Positions 35,385-44,683 of a DNA stretch of 50,461 nucleotides are shown here, in pieces. The notes beneath the pieces were generated by a model. It saw nothing but the letters and a program-made list of their open reading frames with translations. It made no database searches and had not been told where the DNA came from. Within the stretch, counting starts at the first letter, position 1; each line of letters opens with the position of its first letter. The stretch comes from Candidatus Methylomirabilota bacterium (GTDB lineage: Bacteria > Methylomirabilota > Methylomirabilia > Rokubacteriales > CSP1-6): the NCBI GenBank assembly GCA_035259825.1, contig DATFWA010000016.1:1-50461 (forward strand), given 5' to 3'. Position numbers and translations under genes: made by a program.

Positions 35385-36235
35385 CGGGCGAGGGCCACGC
35401 ACACCACGCCGGCCAGCACCACGCCCGCGCCGGCGAGCCGGCGGCCGAGCGCGCCCTCCTTCATCCACACGCTGCCGATGATCGCCGACAGCACGATCGA
35501 CATCTCTCGTGCCGCCACCACGTAGCCGGTCTTGGAGATCTGGAACGCGAAGAGCACGAGCAGGTACGCCGTCGGGCTCATCAGCGCGGCGGCCGCGATC
35601 GTGCCGCGGTTCATCCGCCACTCGCGGCGCATCACGTCGCGCTTCGCCAGCGCCACCGGGGTGAGCAGCGCGCACGAGCCCACCTCCATCAGCCAGATGT
35701 AGGCGAGCGGGCTGATGCGCGCCACCCCCGCCTTGTCCAGCAGCGAGTAGGCGGCGATCAGCACGCCGGTGGCGAGGGCCCAGCCGGTCCCCGAGCTGCG
35801 GAGCGCGGCGCGGCCCCAGCCGCCGGGACGCGAGTGGAGGACGAAGATGCCGGCCGCCACCAGCACCACCCCGAGCGAGCCGAGAGGCGAGAGGCGCTCG
35901 TCGAAGAGCGTCAGCGCGGCCAGCGGGACCAGCGCCACCCCGAGGCCGCGCGCGATCGGGTATACGAGCGAGAAGTCGCCGGCGCCGTAGGCGCGGCCGA
36001 GCGTGAAGAAGTAGGCGGCGTGCAGGATCACGGTGCCGATGACGAACGGGACGGCGGCCGTCCGCACGCCCGCGAGCCACAGCGCGCTCAGCGCGATCGG
36101 CGCGTACACCACGGAAGCGACCACGCCCACGCACCAGAGGAACACCACCGGATCACCGCCGCGCTTGGCGAGCGCATTCCAGCCCGCGTGCAGCACGGCC
36201 GCACCCACGACCAGGAGGAGGGCGGCGGCGGTCAC
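35381..36235 (-). CDS. EamA/DMT-family transporter
   Basis: MTAAALLLVVGAAVLHAGWNALAKRG... is followed by ten TM-like segments, typical of an EamA repeat architecture. Confidence 0.8.
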   Translation of the reverse strand: MTAAALLLVVGAAVLHAGWNALAKRGGDPVVFLWCVGVVASVVYAPIALSALWLAGVRTAAVPFVIGTVILHAAYFFTLGRAYGAGDFSLVYPIARGLGVALVPLAALTLFDERLSPLGSLGVVLVAAGIFVLHSRPGGWGRAALRSSGTGWALATGVLIAAYSLLDKAGVARISPLAYIWLMEVGSCALLTPVALAKRDVMRREWRMNRGTIAAAALMSPTAYLLVLFAFQISKTGYVVAAREMSIVLSAIIGSVWMKEGALGRRLAGAGVVLAGVVCVALAR

Positions 36236-36292
36236 CCGGACAGGGTAGGGGTTTCGTGCGGCCAGGCCAAGCGATTACTATGGAGGCCGTTC

Positions 36293-36916
36293 ATGGCCTA
36301 CTCGTTGCGTCTCATCGAGGATCGCGTCGCCGCGGGCGCGTCGCCGCCCGCTTCGCGACGCGGCGTGCCGCGCGTGCTCTACGCGGTGTCGGGAACGCTG
36401 CAGGACGGCGACTCGGCAGCGGTGCCCGCGGTCGGTCCCGGGCACCATCGCGCGCGGGCCGGCGCGGACGGGGCGCGTCTGTATCGCGTCGAGGTGGTGC
36501 GGCAGCCGCCGCCGCCCGCAGGCGGCCGCGTCCTGCTCGAGCATCCGATCGACCTCGCAGGCGGCGCCGCGTGGCTCATTCGCTGCGACCGCGTCGACTT
36601 CGAGCCGGGCGGCGTGGCCCCGCGCCATCGCCACCGCGGCGGCGGCATCCGCTGCCTGCTGCGCGGCCGGCTCGAGGTGACGGTGGCGGACGGCGCGCCG
36701 CACGTGGTGAGACCTGGCGAATGCTGGTTCGAGAGCGGGCGCGATCCGGTGCTGGCAGTCGCTGCGCCCGACGACGAAACCAGCTTCATCCGCTTCTCGG
36801 TGCTGCCCACGGAGATCCGGGGCCAGAGCTCGATCCAATACGTCGATCCGGCCGACGCGGGCCGCGGCAAGCCACGTCGCTACACCGTGCTCGTCGACGA
36901 GTCCATCCGCCTCTAG
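36293..36916 (+). CDS. Cupin-domain protein (hypothetical)
   Basis: Start at MAYSLRL, in the frame of ORF 35834..36916. A cupin-like beta-barrel segment is present (RCDRVDFEPGGVAPRHRHRGGGIRCLLRGRLEV...G..WFE). Confidence 0.55.
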   Translation: MAYSLRLIEDRVAAGASPPASRRGVPRVLYAVSGTLQDGDSAAVPAVGPGHHRARAGADGARLYRVEVVRQPPPPAGGRVLLEHPIDLAGGAAWLIRCDRVDFEPGGVAPRHRHRGGGIRCLLRGRLEVTVADGAPHVVRPGECWFESGRDPVLAVAAPDDETSFIRFSVLPTEIRGQSSIQYVDPADAGRGKPRRYTVLVDESIRL

Positions 36917-36920
36917 CGTC

Positions 36921-38042
36921 ATGCGTGTCCTCATCCTCAGCGCCAGCTACGGATCGGGCCACGCCGAGGCCGCGCGCAGCCTGGCCGCCGCGTTCGCGGC
37001 GCGGGGCGCCGAGCCGGTAGTGGTCGATCACTTCCGCGACCTGGTGCATCCGGGCTTCGCCAGCGCGAGCCGTGCGCTCTACTACTGGCTGCTGCGCTGG
37101 GCGCCCTCGGTGTGGGCGCTCGGCTACTCGCTCGGCGATCGGCTGGAGCCCGAGTCGCCGCTGGCCCTGGGCATGACCCGGCTCGGCACGACTCGGCTGG
37201 CCCATCTCCTCGACACCATGCGGCCCGACGCGGTGGTGACGGTGCACGCCACGCCCGCCGCGGCCATGGCCACGCTGGCGGCGTCCGGACGCCGCGTGCC
37301 GCCGCACACCACCGCGGTGACCGACTTCGTGGCCCACAGCCAGTGGATGCCCCGTCCGGTCGATCGCTACTGCGTGGCCGCCGAGGAGGTGCGGAACGAG
37401 TTCGTGGCCCGCGGCATTTCCCCGGACCGCGTGGTGGTGACTGGCGTGCCGGTGCGCCAGGGATTCGCGCGGTTGCCTGACCCGGCGACGGCGCGCCGCG
37501 CGCTCGGGCTGGCGCCGCAGCTGCCCACCGTGGTGGCGATGGCGGGCACGCAGGGCTCGCTCGGCCGCCTCTCGGACGTGGTCCGCGCCCTCCTCGCGGT
37601 GGAGCGACCGATGCAGGCGGTGGTGGTGGCCGGCCGCGACGACCGGTTGCGCGACCGGCTGACGCGCCTGGCCGCGGGCAGTCCCCTGCGCGTGGTCGGC
37701 TACGTCGACGATGTTCCCGCGCTGCTGGCCGCCGCGGACCTGCTGGTGACCAAGGCCGGCGGCATGACCCTGGCCGAGGCGACCGCGGCGGGCGTGCCCC
37801 TGCTGCTCTACGGCTCGCTGCCCGGCCAGGAGCGAGGCAACGAGCGCTTCGCGTCGAGGGCCGGCATCGCGCTGGTGGCGCGCTCGCGCCGCGAGCTCCG
37901 TCGGCTGCTGGACCGCGTGCTGGGCGAGCCGGACACGATCGATCGCATGCAGGCCTCCCTCCGCCGGCTGCGTCGCCCCGACGCGGCCCAGCACGTCGTC
38001 GACCTCGTCCTCGACCAGATCGCCATCCGCGGAGATCCGTGA
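36921..38042 (+). CDS. GT28-family glycosyltransferase, MGDG-synthase / UgtP-like
   Basis: The N-terminus RVLILSASYGSGHAEAARSL is typical of the MGDG synthase domain. The C-terminal GT-B motif is DLLVTKAGGMTLAEATAAGVPLLLY...GQE..N. Confidence 0.75.
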   Translation: MRVLILSASYGSGHAEAARSLAAAFAARGAEPVVVDHFRDLVHPGFASASRALYYWLLRWAPSVWALGYSLGDRLEPESPLALGMTRLGTTRLAHLLDTMRPDAVVTVHATPAAAMATLAASGRRVPPHTTAVTDFVAHSQWMPRPVDRYCVAAEEVRNEFVARGISPDRVVVTGVPVRQGFARLPDPATARRALGLAPQLPTVVAMAGTQGSLGRLSDVVRALLAVERPMQAVVVAGRDDRLRDRLTRLAAGSPLRVVGYVDDVPALLAAADLLVTKAGGMTLAEATAAGVPLLLYGSLPGQERGNERFASRAGIALVARSRRELRRLLDRVLGEPDTIDRMQASLRRLRRPDAAQHVVDLVLDQIAIRGDP

Positions 38043-39844
38043 CCACCGAGTTTACGTTCTGCCTCGAGAGCGGCGACCGCGCGCTCCGGGAGGGGCGCTA
38101 CGCGGACGCCGAGCACGCGCTGACCGCGGCGCTGGCTCTCGAGCCTCGGAGCGTGAAAGCCCACTTCAAGCTCGGCCTGGCCCTGGAGCGCCAGCGCCAG
38201 TGGGCGCGAGCCGAGGCGGAGTTCCGGACCGCGGTGCGCTGGAAGCGCGATCACACGATAGCGTGGCTGCGGCTGGCCGCGGCGTGCCGACGGCAAGGCA
38301 AGGGCGCCGAGGAGGAGAAGGCGGCGCGCGAGGCGGCGCGGCTGGCCCCGAGCAGCGCGGAGGCCCAGCACGCGCTCGCGGTGACCTTGCTCCGGCTCGG
38401 GCGCGCCGACGAGGCGGTGCCGGTGTTCGAGCTGGCGATCCGCCTCGCCCCGTCCAGCGCGGTCGCGCGCCGTGGCCTCGGCGAGGCCCTCGCCATCCAG
38501 GGACGGCACGCCGACGCGGCCGCCGCCTTCGGCGAGGTGGTGCGGCTCGATCCACGCTCGCTCCGTGCGCATCTCCATCAGGCCCTTGCCCTGCGGCGGC
38601 AGCGGCGATGGGGCGAGGCGGCGCTTGCGTACCGAGCGGCCTCGGCCCTGCGGCCCAACGAGCCGGCCTTCCACGGACGGCTCGGCATGATGCTCGAGCG
38701 CCTGCGACGGTATCGCGAGGCGGTGGCCGCCTACTCACGAGCCACACGTCTCGACGCGGTCGGGGCCCGGTGGCGCGCCCGGCTCGGCCGCGTGCTGGAG
38801 CGCCAGGGCCGCTACGGCGACGCGGAGGCCGTGCTGCTGGAGGCGGTGCGACGCGAGCCCACGCTCATCGACGCCCATCTCGGGCTCGCGATGATCTACC
38901 GCCGTCAGGGCAAGTGGTCGGAGGAGGCCCGGGTGTACGAGCGCGCGATCCAGATCAGGCCGGACGATGCGCACCTGCACGCAGACCTCGGACTGGCCCT
39001 CGAGGCGCAGGGGCTGGTCGGCGCCGCCGAGGCGGAGTTCCGCCGCGCGGTCGCGCTGGACCCGGACAACGCCGACCTCCACGTCGAGCTGGGCATCGCG
39101 ATGGGCCGGCAGGGACGCCACCTCGAGGCGGAGGCGGCGCTCCGCGAAGCGGTGCGGCTCAATCCCCACGACGTGGTGGCGCGCTCCAACCTCGCCCTCG
39201 GCCTCGGACGTCAGGGGCGCCACGCCGAATCGGAGACGGCGTATCGACAGGCGCTCGAGCTGAAGCCTGACGGCGCGCCGCTGCACCGGGGACTCGGCAT
39301 GGCCCTCTACTCACAGGGCAAGGGCGGGGCGGCCGAGGACGCTTTCCGCGAAGCGGTGCGGCTCAAGCCCGACTACGCGCGCGCGTGGGGCGACCTGGGC
39401 GAGCTGCTCACCGAGACCGGCCGCCACGACGAGGCGGTCGCTGCCTTCCGCGAGGCCATCGTGGTGAAGCCGAAGCGCATCGCCTCGCACCGGGGCCTGG
39501 GCACGGTGCTCCTGCTTCAGGAGGCCTACGAGGCGGCGGAGGCCGCGTTCCGCGAGGGGCTCGCGGTCCGGCCGGACGACTCGCAGAGTTACTTCGGCCT
39601 GTGGACCGCTCTGGAGCGGCAGGGCAAGATCGTCGAGACCGAGGCGGCCTATCGCGCCGCGATCGAGGTGAGCCCGAATCTCGTCGACGCCCACTCGCGC
39701 CTGGGCGATCTGCTGGCGCGGCAGGGGAGATGGCCAGAGGCGGAAGCTGCGTACCGGGAGGCCCTGCTGCGGGAGCCGGACGATGCTCGCGCCCGGCTCG
39801 CGCTCGGCGCGGTGCTGCGCCGGCGAGGCGGCGCGCCGCGCTAG
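38039..39844 (+). CDS. Tetratricopeptide (TPR) repeat protein
   Basis: At least 15 consecutive 34-aa repeats fit the pattern A..L...L..QGR..EAE..YR.A..L.P. There is a 4-nt overlap with the upstream GT gene. Confidence 0.85.
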   Translation: MTTEFTFCLESGDRALREGRYADAEHALTAALALEPRSVKAHFKLGLALERQRQWARAEAEFRTAVRWKRDHTIAWLRLAAACRRQGKGAEEEKAAREAARLAPSSAEAQHALAVTLLRLGRADEAVPVFELAIRLAPSSAVARRGLGEALAIQGRHADAAAAFGEVVRLDPRSLRAHLHQALALRRQRRWGEAALAYRAASALRPNEPAFHGRLGMMLERLRRYREAVAAYSRATRLDAVGARWRARLGRVLERQGRYGDAEAVLLEAVRREPTLIDAHLGLAMIYRRQGKWSEEARVYERAIQIRPDDAHLHADLGLALEAQGLVGAAEAEFRRAVALDPDNADLHVELGIAMGRQGRHLEAEAALREAVRLNPHDVVARSNLALGLGRQGRHAESETAYRQALELKPDGAPLHRGLGMALYSQGKGGAAEDAFREAVRLKPDYARAWGDLGELLTETGRHDEAVAAFREAIVVKPKRIASHRGLGTVLLLQEAYEAAEAAFREGLAVRPDDSQSYFGLWTALERQGKIVETEAAYRAAIEVSPNLVDAHSRLGDLLARQGRWPEAEAAYREALLREPDDARARLALGAVLRRRGGAPR

Positions 39845-40491
39845 CCGCCGACCGGGTCGCTCTCGATGTTGGTGATGCGCAGGTAGCTGACCGCGACCCG
39901 CTGGTCGCCCTGCTCGAGCAGCACGCCGTCGTCGGCAATCTGGGCCAGGCTACCCGCGACCGGCTCCGGCGCGTTCTTCACCGAGATCAGCACGTGGCGG
40001 CCGAGGTGGCGCTGCGCCTCCGCGTGCCACATCGTCTTCTGCACGTCGTCGAACACGCCGGCAGCCTGACGGGCCGCCGAGGCGGCCCGATTCGCCGCGG
40101 TGATGGTGCCGAGGCCGGGAACCAGGAGACCCCCCGGGAACGTCGGCGCGGCGGGTCCAGTGGCGGCGGCCGCTACCATCGGGGGCACCAGCGCGCCCGA
40201 TTCCACCGGTTGGCCGGAGGGCGGGCTGGTCTCGGCCGCGTCGCGGTCGGAGGCGTCTCGCTCCTCCAGGTAGCGCAGCACCTCGGACAGTCGCCCCATC
40301 AGGTTCGAGAAGATGAAGAGCCCGACCAGCGCGCATACCAGGGCGGTGCCGAGCGCCATCTGGACCTGGGTCAGCTTGAGCAGGTCCAGGGAATAGAGCG
40401 TGTAGGTGAACAGGAGCAGGGGCATCACGGCTGTCAGGGCGAAGACGATGGAGGCCGCGTTCCGGAGCGTATACGTCCGGCTTCGACTCAT
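39841..40491 (-). CDS. Hypothetical membrane protein (two N-terminal TM segments)
   Basis: Hydrophobic segments are IVFALTAVMPLLLFTYTLY and ALGTALVCALVGLFIFSNL. I recognise no family and see no clear SD. Confidence 0.5.
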   Translation of the reverse strand: MSRSRTYTLRNAASIVFALTAVMPLLLFTYTLYSLDLLKLTQVQMALGTALVCALVGLFIFSNLMGRLSEVLRYLEERDASDRDAAETSPPSGQPVESGALVPPMVAAAATGPAAPTFPGGLLVPGLGTITAANRAASAARQAAGVFDDVQKTMWHAEAQRHLGRHVLISVKNAPEPVAGSLAQIADDGVLLEQGDQRVAVSYLRITNIESDPVGG

Positions 40492-40601
40492 GGCTGCGTC
40501 AAATCTAGCGCGATCGGGCTCACGCCCAAAGTTTTCCGGCAGGCACGGCCCGGCTTCGCTGCCGGGCCCGCGGCGCGCGTGTTAACATCCGGCCGCCAGT
40601 C

Positions 40602-41390
40602 ATGAGTCCGACCCGCCGGTCCCTGCGCGAGATGCGCGGCTTCGTGTTCGACCTCGACGGCTGCGTCTGGACGGGCGAGGTCCTGATGCCAGGTGCCGCG
40701 GAGACCCTCGGCCACATCCGCCAGCAGGGCAAGAGTCTGTGCTTCCTCACCAACAACTCGCGCGCCCGCGCCCGCACCATGCAAGGCAAGCTGGCGCGTC
40801 TGGGGGTCGAGGCCAAGGAGGCGGAGGTGCTCACCCCTCTCGAGATCCTGGGCGAGGTCGTGGCCCAGCGATGGGGCCGGTCGCCGGTGCTGGCCATCGG
40901 CGGCCCCGAGCTCGTCGAGGTGCTGCGGGAGGCCGGCCACACCGTCGTGTCGGTCGAGGCGGCCGGCGACGCGAAGGTGGTCGTGGTCGGCAACGACTTC
41001 GACTTCACCTACGAGCGCCTGACCGCGGCCGCGCGTGCGGTGGCCGGCGGCGCGGTGTTCGTCACCCCGAACATCGACGCGCGCCTGCCGATGGAGGACG
41101 GGCAGTTCCTGCCTGGCTGCGGCGCCATCGTGGAGGCGGTCGCCACCGCCGCCGGAGTGCGCCCGATCGTGATCGGCAAGCCGGAGCCGCCCCTTTTCGA
41201 GCTGGCGCTGCAGCGCATGGGGCTCTCCGTGGACGAGGCGGCGATGGTAGGCGACAGCGTGGACTCCGACGTGCGCGGCGCGCGCCGCGTGGGCATGACC
41301 GCGGTGCTGTTCGCGCCCAAGGGCGGTCCCGACGGGGTGGCCCACTACCTGGTCAAGTCCATGGCGCAGCTTCGCCGCCTGCTCGGCTGA
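40602..41390 (+). CDS. HAD-IIA family hydrolase (NagD-like)
   Basis: FVFDLDGCVW (DxD motif), FLTNNS, and C-terminal GDSVDSDVRGA. Confidence 0.8.
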   Translation: MSPTRRSLREMRGFVFDLDGCVWTGEVLMPGAAETLGHIRQQGKSLCFLTNNSRARARTMQGKLARLGVEAKEAEVLTPLEILGEVVAQRWGRSPVLAIGGPELVEVLREAGHTVVSVEAAGDAKVVVVGNDFDFTYERLTAAARAVAGGAVFVTPNIDARLPMEDGQFLPGCGAIVEAVATAAGVRPIVIGKPEPPLFELALQRMGLSVDEAAMVGDSVDSDVRGARRVGMTAVLFAPKGGPDGVAHYLVKSMAQLRRLLG

Positions 41391-41396
41391 GCCCGG

Positions 41397-42092
41397 ATGC
41401 GCGTCCTCCTGCACTCGGGCGGGCCGCTCGGTCCGGTCGGCCGCGCCGCGCTCGCCGACTTCGTGGGCCCGCGTCGGCGCATCGCGTTCGTCACCGCGGC
41501 GAGCCTTCACGACGAGACCGCCTACTTCGAGCGCATCCGGGCCGCGCTGGAGCCGGTGGCGCCCGAGGGCGCCGGCCTCGACCTGGTTCACTTGCGCTGG
41601 AACGATGAGCCGCTGGCCAGGCTGGCCGACGTGGAGGCGCTCTTCATGGGCGGCGGGAACACCTACGCGCTCCTGCAGCGCCTGCGCGCCGCCGGCCTGC
41701 TCGAGGCGATCCGGGCGCGTGTGGCCGCGGGCATGCCGTACATGGGCGCGAGCGCCGGCTCCAACGTCGCGGGGCCGACGATCCTCACGACCAACGACTG
41801 GAACGTGGTGGGGCTCGATCGCTTCGACGCGCTCGGGCTGGTGGGCTTCAACATCAATCCCCACTACAAGGAGACCGATCCCGCGATGGCGCCCTTCAGC
41901 GAGACGCGCGACGACCGGATCCGCGAGTATCACGTGGTCAACGGTAATCCGGTGCTGGGGTTGGAGGAGGGCGCGTGGGTGGTGACGGCCGACGGGTCGG
42001 TCACCGCGCACGGCACCGCACGGGTGAAGCTGTTCCGGCCGGCCGCCGACCCGGTGTGGTACCAGGCCGGCGACCGCCTTCCCGTCACTTAG
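41397..42092 (+). CDS. pepE: Peptidase S51, dipeptidase E-like
   Basis: Motifs are IAFVTAAS..., FMGGGNTYALL and YMGASAGSNVAGPTI (nucleophile Ser context), followed by NPHY. Confidence 0.75.
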   Translation: MRVLLHSGGPLGPVGRAALADFVGPRRRIAFVTAASLHDETAYFERIRAALEPVAPEGAGLDLVHLRWNDEPLARLADVEALFMGGGNTYALLQRLRAAGLLEAIRARVAAGMPYMGASAGSNVAGPTILTTNDWNVVGLDRFDALGLVGFNINPHYKETDPAMAPFSETRDDRIREYHVVNGNPVLGLEEGAWVVTADGSVTAHGTARVKLFRPAADPVWYQAGDRLPVT

Positions 42093-42171
42093 CGGCCGCC
42101 CGGAAGGACCCGTCGGCTTCATCGGCTCTCGCGTCGGGCCCTTCCGAGCGGCCTGGGTTCGTACCGGGCGG

Positions 42172-42873
42172 TTAGCCCGAGCACCTCTGGCCCTTGGGGG
42201 CCTCGTAGTTGGCGACCTTGAACGTCTTCACGAACGAATCCTCCCAGACCTCGAGCGGCAGACGACCCAGGTCGGTGGTGCCGTCGAAGACCGAGAACTT
42301 GGAGCGGCGCGTGAACTCGGCGGCGCTCACGCGCTTACCGAGGAAGCCGAGCGTGGTCTGCTTGTCGGCGAACAGGGCAAGCGTCTCGTTGACCGGCTGG
42401 GCCGCCTTGCCGGTGCCCGGCTTCAGCCACGAGAGCACGACCGAGAAGCCCCGCACGTTCGGGTCGGCCACGACCGGCTGCATCACGCTCATACGTCGCA
42501 GCAGGTCGGTGCCGTAGCGGGAGAACATCGCAGAGGCGCGCCGTTCGGGCGGCAGCGCCGAGAAGCGCGCGTCCTCGTCCTGGTCGATCACGATCCAGAC
42601 CGAGAGATAGCGATCGTCCTCCACCGCGCCCTTCGGCTGGCGGAAGCCGATGCCCGACTTCTGCACGCCGACCCACGGCATGCAGTAGTAGATCTCCTCG
42701 CGCATCTGCTTGAGCAGCGGCTCGTGCGTGGTCGCGAGGGTGCGGGCCTTGCTCGTCTTGTACTGATCGATGCTCATGATGGCGTCGTCGGCGGCGGCGG
42801 GAACCGGAGCAAAGAGAATGAGGGCGAGGGCCGCGAGCCGACGGACGAGGAATCGGGACATCATCTGTCTCAT
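42172..42873 (-). CDS. Secreted hypothetical protein
   Basis: SD AGGAGGA lies upstream of the ATG. Signal peptide is LAALALILFAPVPAAA. I recognise no family. Confidence 0.6.
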   Translation of the reverse strand: MRQMMSRFLVRRLAALALILFAPVPAAADDAIMSIDQYKTSKARTLATTHEPLLKQMREEIYYCMPWVGVQKSGIGFRQPKGAVEDDRYLSVWIVIDQDEDARFSALPPERRASAMFSRYGTDLLRRMSVMQPVVADPNVRGFSVVLSWLKPGTGKAAQPVNETLALFADKQTTLGFLGKRVSAAEFTRRSKFSVFDGTTDLGRLPLEVWEDSFVKTFKVANYEAPKGQRCSG

Positions 42874-43127
42874 CAGGATCCTCCTGTTCGCGGAGCGCGT
42901 TGAGATCCCGACGAGGGCTGCGAGCGCATCGAGCGCCTTCCTTCGGTAGCCCGGCCGTCAGGTCGCTGCCTGATCCGTGGCTTTGCGTCCCCGTCTCGCG
43001 ACGGGTTTGCTGTTGTCGGGAAGAGGCTCCGCGGGGCGGGGATGGAGCAATCGCAGTGCCAGACACCGAGGCCGCGCGCGGTCGAGCGGGATTCGATACA
43101 TAGCGGACTCACGCCCGCGCCGGTGTC

Positions 43128-43901
43128 ATGGAACTGACGCGTGTGTTCCTGCGGCGTTCGCGCGCAAGATGTGCTATCCATGCCGCGATGCTCACGAACG
43201 CGCCCGTGGCGATCACCGCGCTGTTCGTCGCCGTCGTGGCCGCGATGCTGGTGGTGGGACTGAGCGGCTCGGCGTGGGCCGCGCGCCGCGTCGGACCCGC
43301 CGCGCGCCGCGGGGTCCGGCTGGCCGCGGTGGGGTTGGTGGGGTGGCTCGCCCTCATGGTGGCGATCGCCGCGCGCGGGTTCTTCGCGGACTTCCAGTCG
43401 CTGCCGCCGCACATGCTGCTCGCCGTGGGCCCGCCGCTGCTCGCCATGCTCGCGCTCGTGTTCTCGCCCGCGGCCCGCCCGTGGCTGGACGCGCTCCCCT
43501 GCGCGTGGCCGGTCGCCGCGCAGAGCTTTCGCATCGTGGTCGAGATCGTGCTGTGGCGGCTCGCGGTGGCGGGCGTGGCGCCCGAGATCATGAGCTTCAC
43601 CGGGCGCAACGTCGACATCCTGGTCGGGCTGACCGCGCCGGTGGTGGCCTACTACTGCTTCGTTCGCCGCGCGTGGCCGGAGCGAGTGGCGGTGTGGTGG
43701 AACGTGGCGGGCATCCTGATCCTGCTCAACGTGGTGGTGCACGCGCAGCTCTCGGCACCGACGCCGTTCCGGGTGTTCGAGACCAATCCTCCCACGACCT
43801 TCATCGGGGACGTGCCCTACATCTGGCTGCCCGCGTTCCTGGTGCCGCTGGCTTGGGTGCTCCACGGGATCTCGCTGCGCCAGCTCTGCAGCCGGCGATG
43901 A
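43128..43901 (+). CDS. Hypothetical integral membrane protein
   Basis: Six to seven hydrophobic segments are present. The true start may be the internal MLTNAP at 43188. The stop overlaps the next ATG as ATGA. Confidence 0.5.
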   Translation: MELTRVFLRRSRARCAIHAAMLTNAPVAITALFVAVVAAMLVVGLSGSAWAARRVGPAARRGVRLAAVGLVGWLALMVAIAARGFFADFQSLPPHMLLAVGPPLLAMLALVFSPAARPWLDALPCAWPVAAQSFRIVVEIVLWRLAVAGVAPEIMSFTGRNVDILVGLTAPVVAYYCFVRRAWPERVAVWWNVAGILILLNVVVHAQLSAPTPFRVFETNPPTTFIGDVPYIWLPAFLVPLAWVLHGISLRQLCSRR

Positions 43902-44683
43902 ACGCGCGCGACGACCGGTTCTACTCGCGCGTGTTCGCGCTGGCGACCGCCGCAGAGGGCTCCGACTACGAACGAGCCACTCACGATCACCATCCTCTGC
44001 AGCAGGGTCTGCCAACATCCCGATCGTGACCCGCGCCATCGACTGGGCCGCCGCGGTGGCCCCGGTGAGCGCCGACCAGATCGAGGACTGGCTGATGGCG
44101 GGCGTGCAACGCGCTGGTGGGACTGGCCATCACGCTCTTCCTCCTCTTCTTCTTCCTGCGGGACGGCGACACCATCGTGGGGACCGCGGTCCGGCTGGTA
44201 CCGATGAGCCGCGAGCGCCGCGACCACCTGATGGACCACGTCGGCGCGGTCATCCGCGCGGTGGTCTTCGGCTCGCTGCTGACCGCCCTCGTGCAGGGTG
44301 TGCTGGTGGCCGCCGGCTTCGCCATGGTGGGGCTGGCCTCGCCGCTGGTGTTCGGCGCCCTCGCGTCGGTCACCGCGCTGATCCCGCTCGTCGGCACCCC
44401 GGTAGTGTGGGTGCCCGCGGTCGCGGTCCTGTTCCTGCAGGGGCGGTGGATCGCGGCCCTGTTCCTCGCCGGATGGGGCGTCGTGGTGGTGTCGAGCGCC
44501 GACAACGTCCTTCGGCCGCTCTTCATCTCGGGGCGCGCCCCGATCTCGACGCTACCGGTGTTCCTGGGGGTGCTCGGCGGGGTCAGCGCGTTCGGCCCGA
44601 TCGGGCTCGTGGCCGGGCCGGTGCTGGTGTCCCTGACCCTCGTGCTGGTCCGCCTGGCGGTGGCGGCGCGGGCGGAAGCCTAG
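43898..44683 (+). pseudogene. AI-2E (PerM/UPF0118) family transporter remnant: N-terminal region deleted and frameshifted, C-terminal two-thirds intact
   Basis: ORF 44117..44683 encodes NALVGLAITLFLLFFFLRDG... through the conserved C-terminal TM bundle. The upstream pieces lie in two other frames: MNARDDRFYSRVFALATAA... stops at 44029, and ...IPIVTRAIDWAAAVAPVSADQIEDWL... runs through a third frame. Only about 70 codons sit where about 150 would be expected. Confidence 0.5.

Noticed and set aside
35385-36134. The upper part of the 563-aa ORF 34443..36134.
   Set aside because: It overlaps the well-supported EamA gene 35381..36235 in another frame and is Arg/Gly-rich. The real gene most likely starts at the ATG at 35384.
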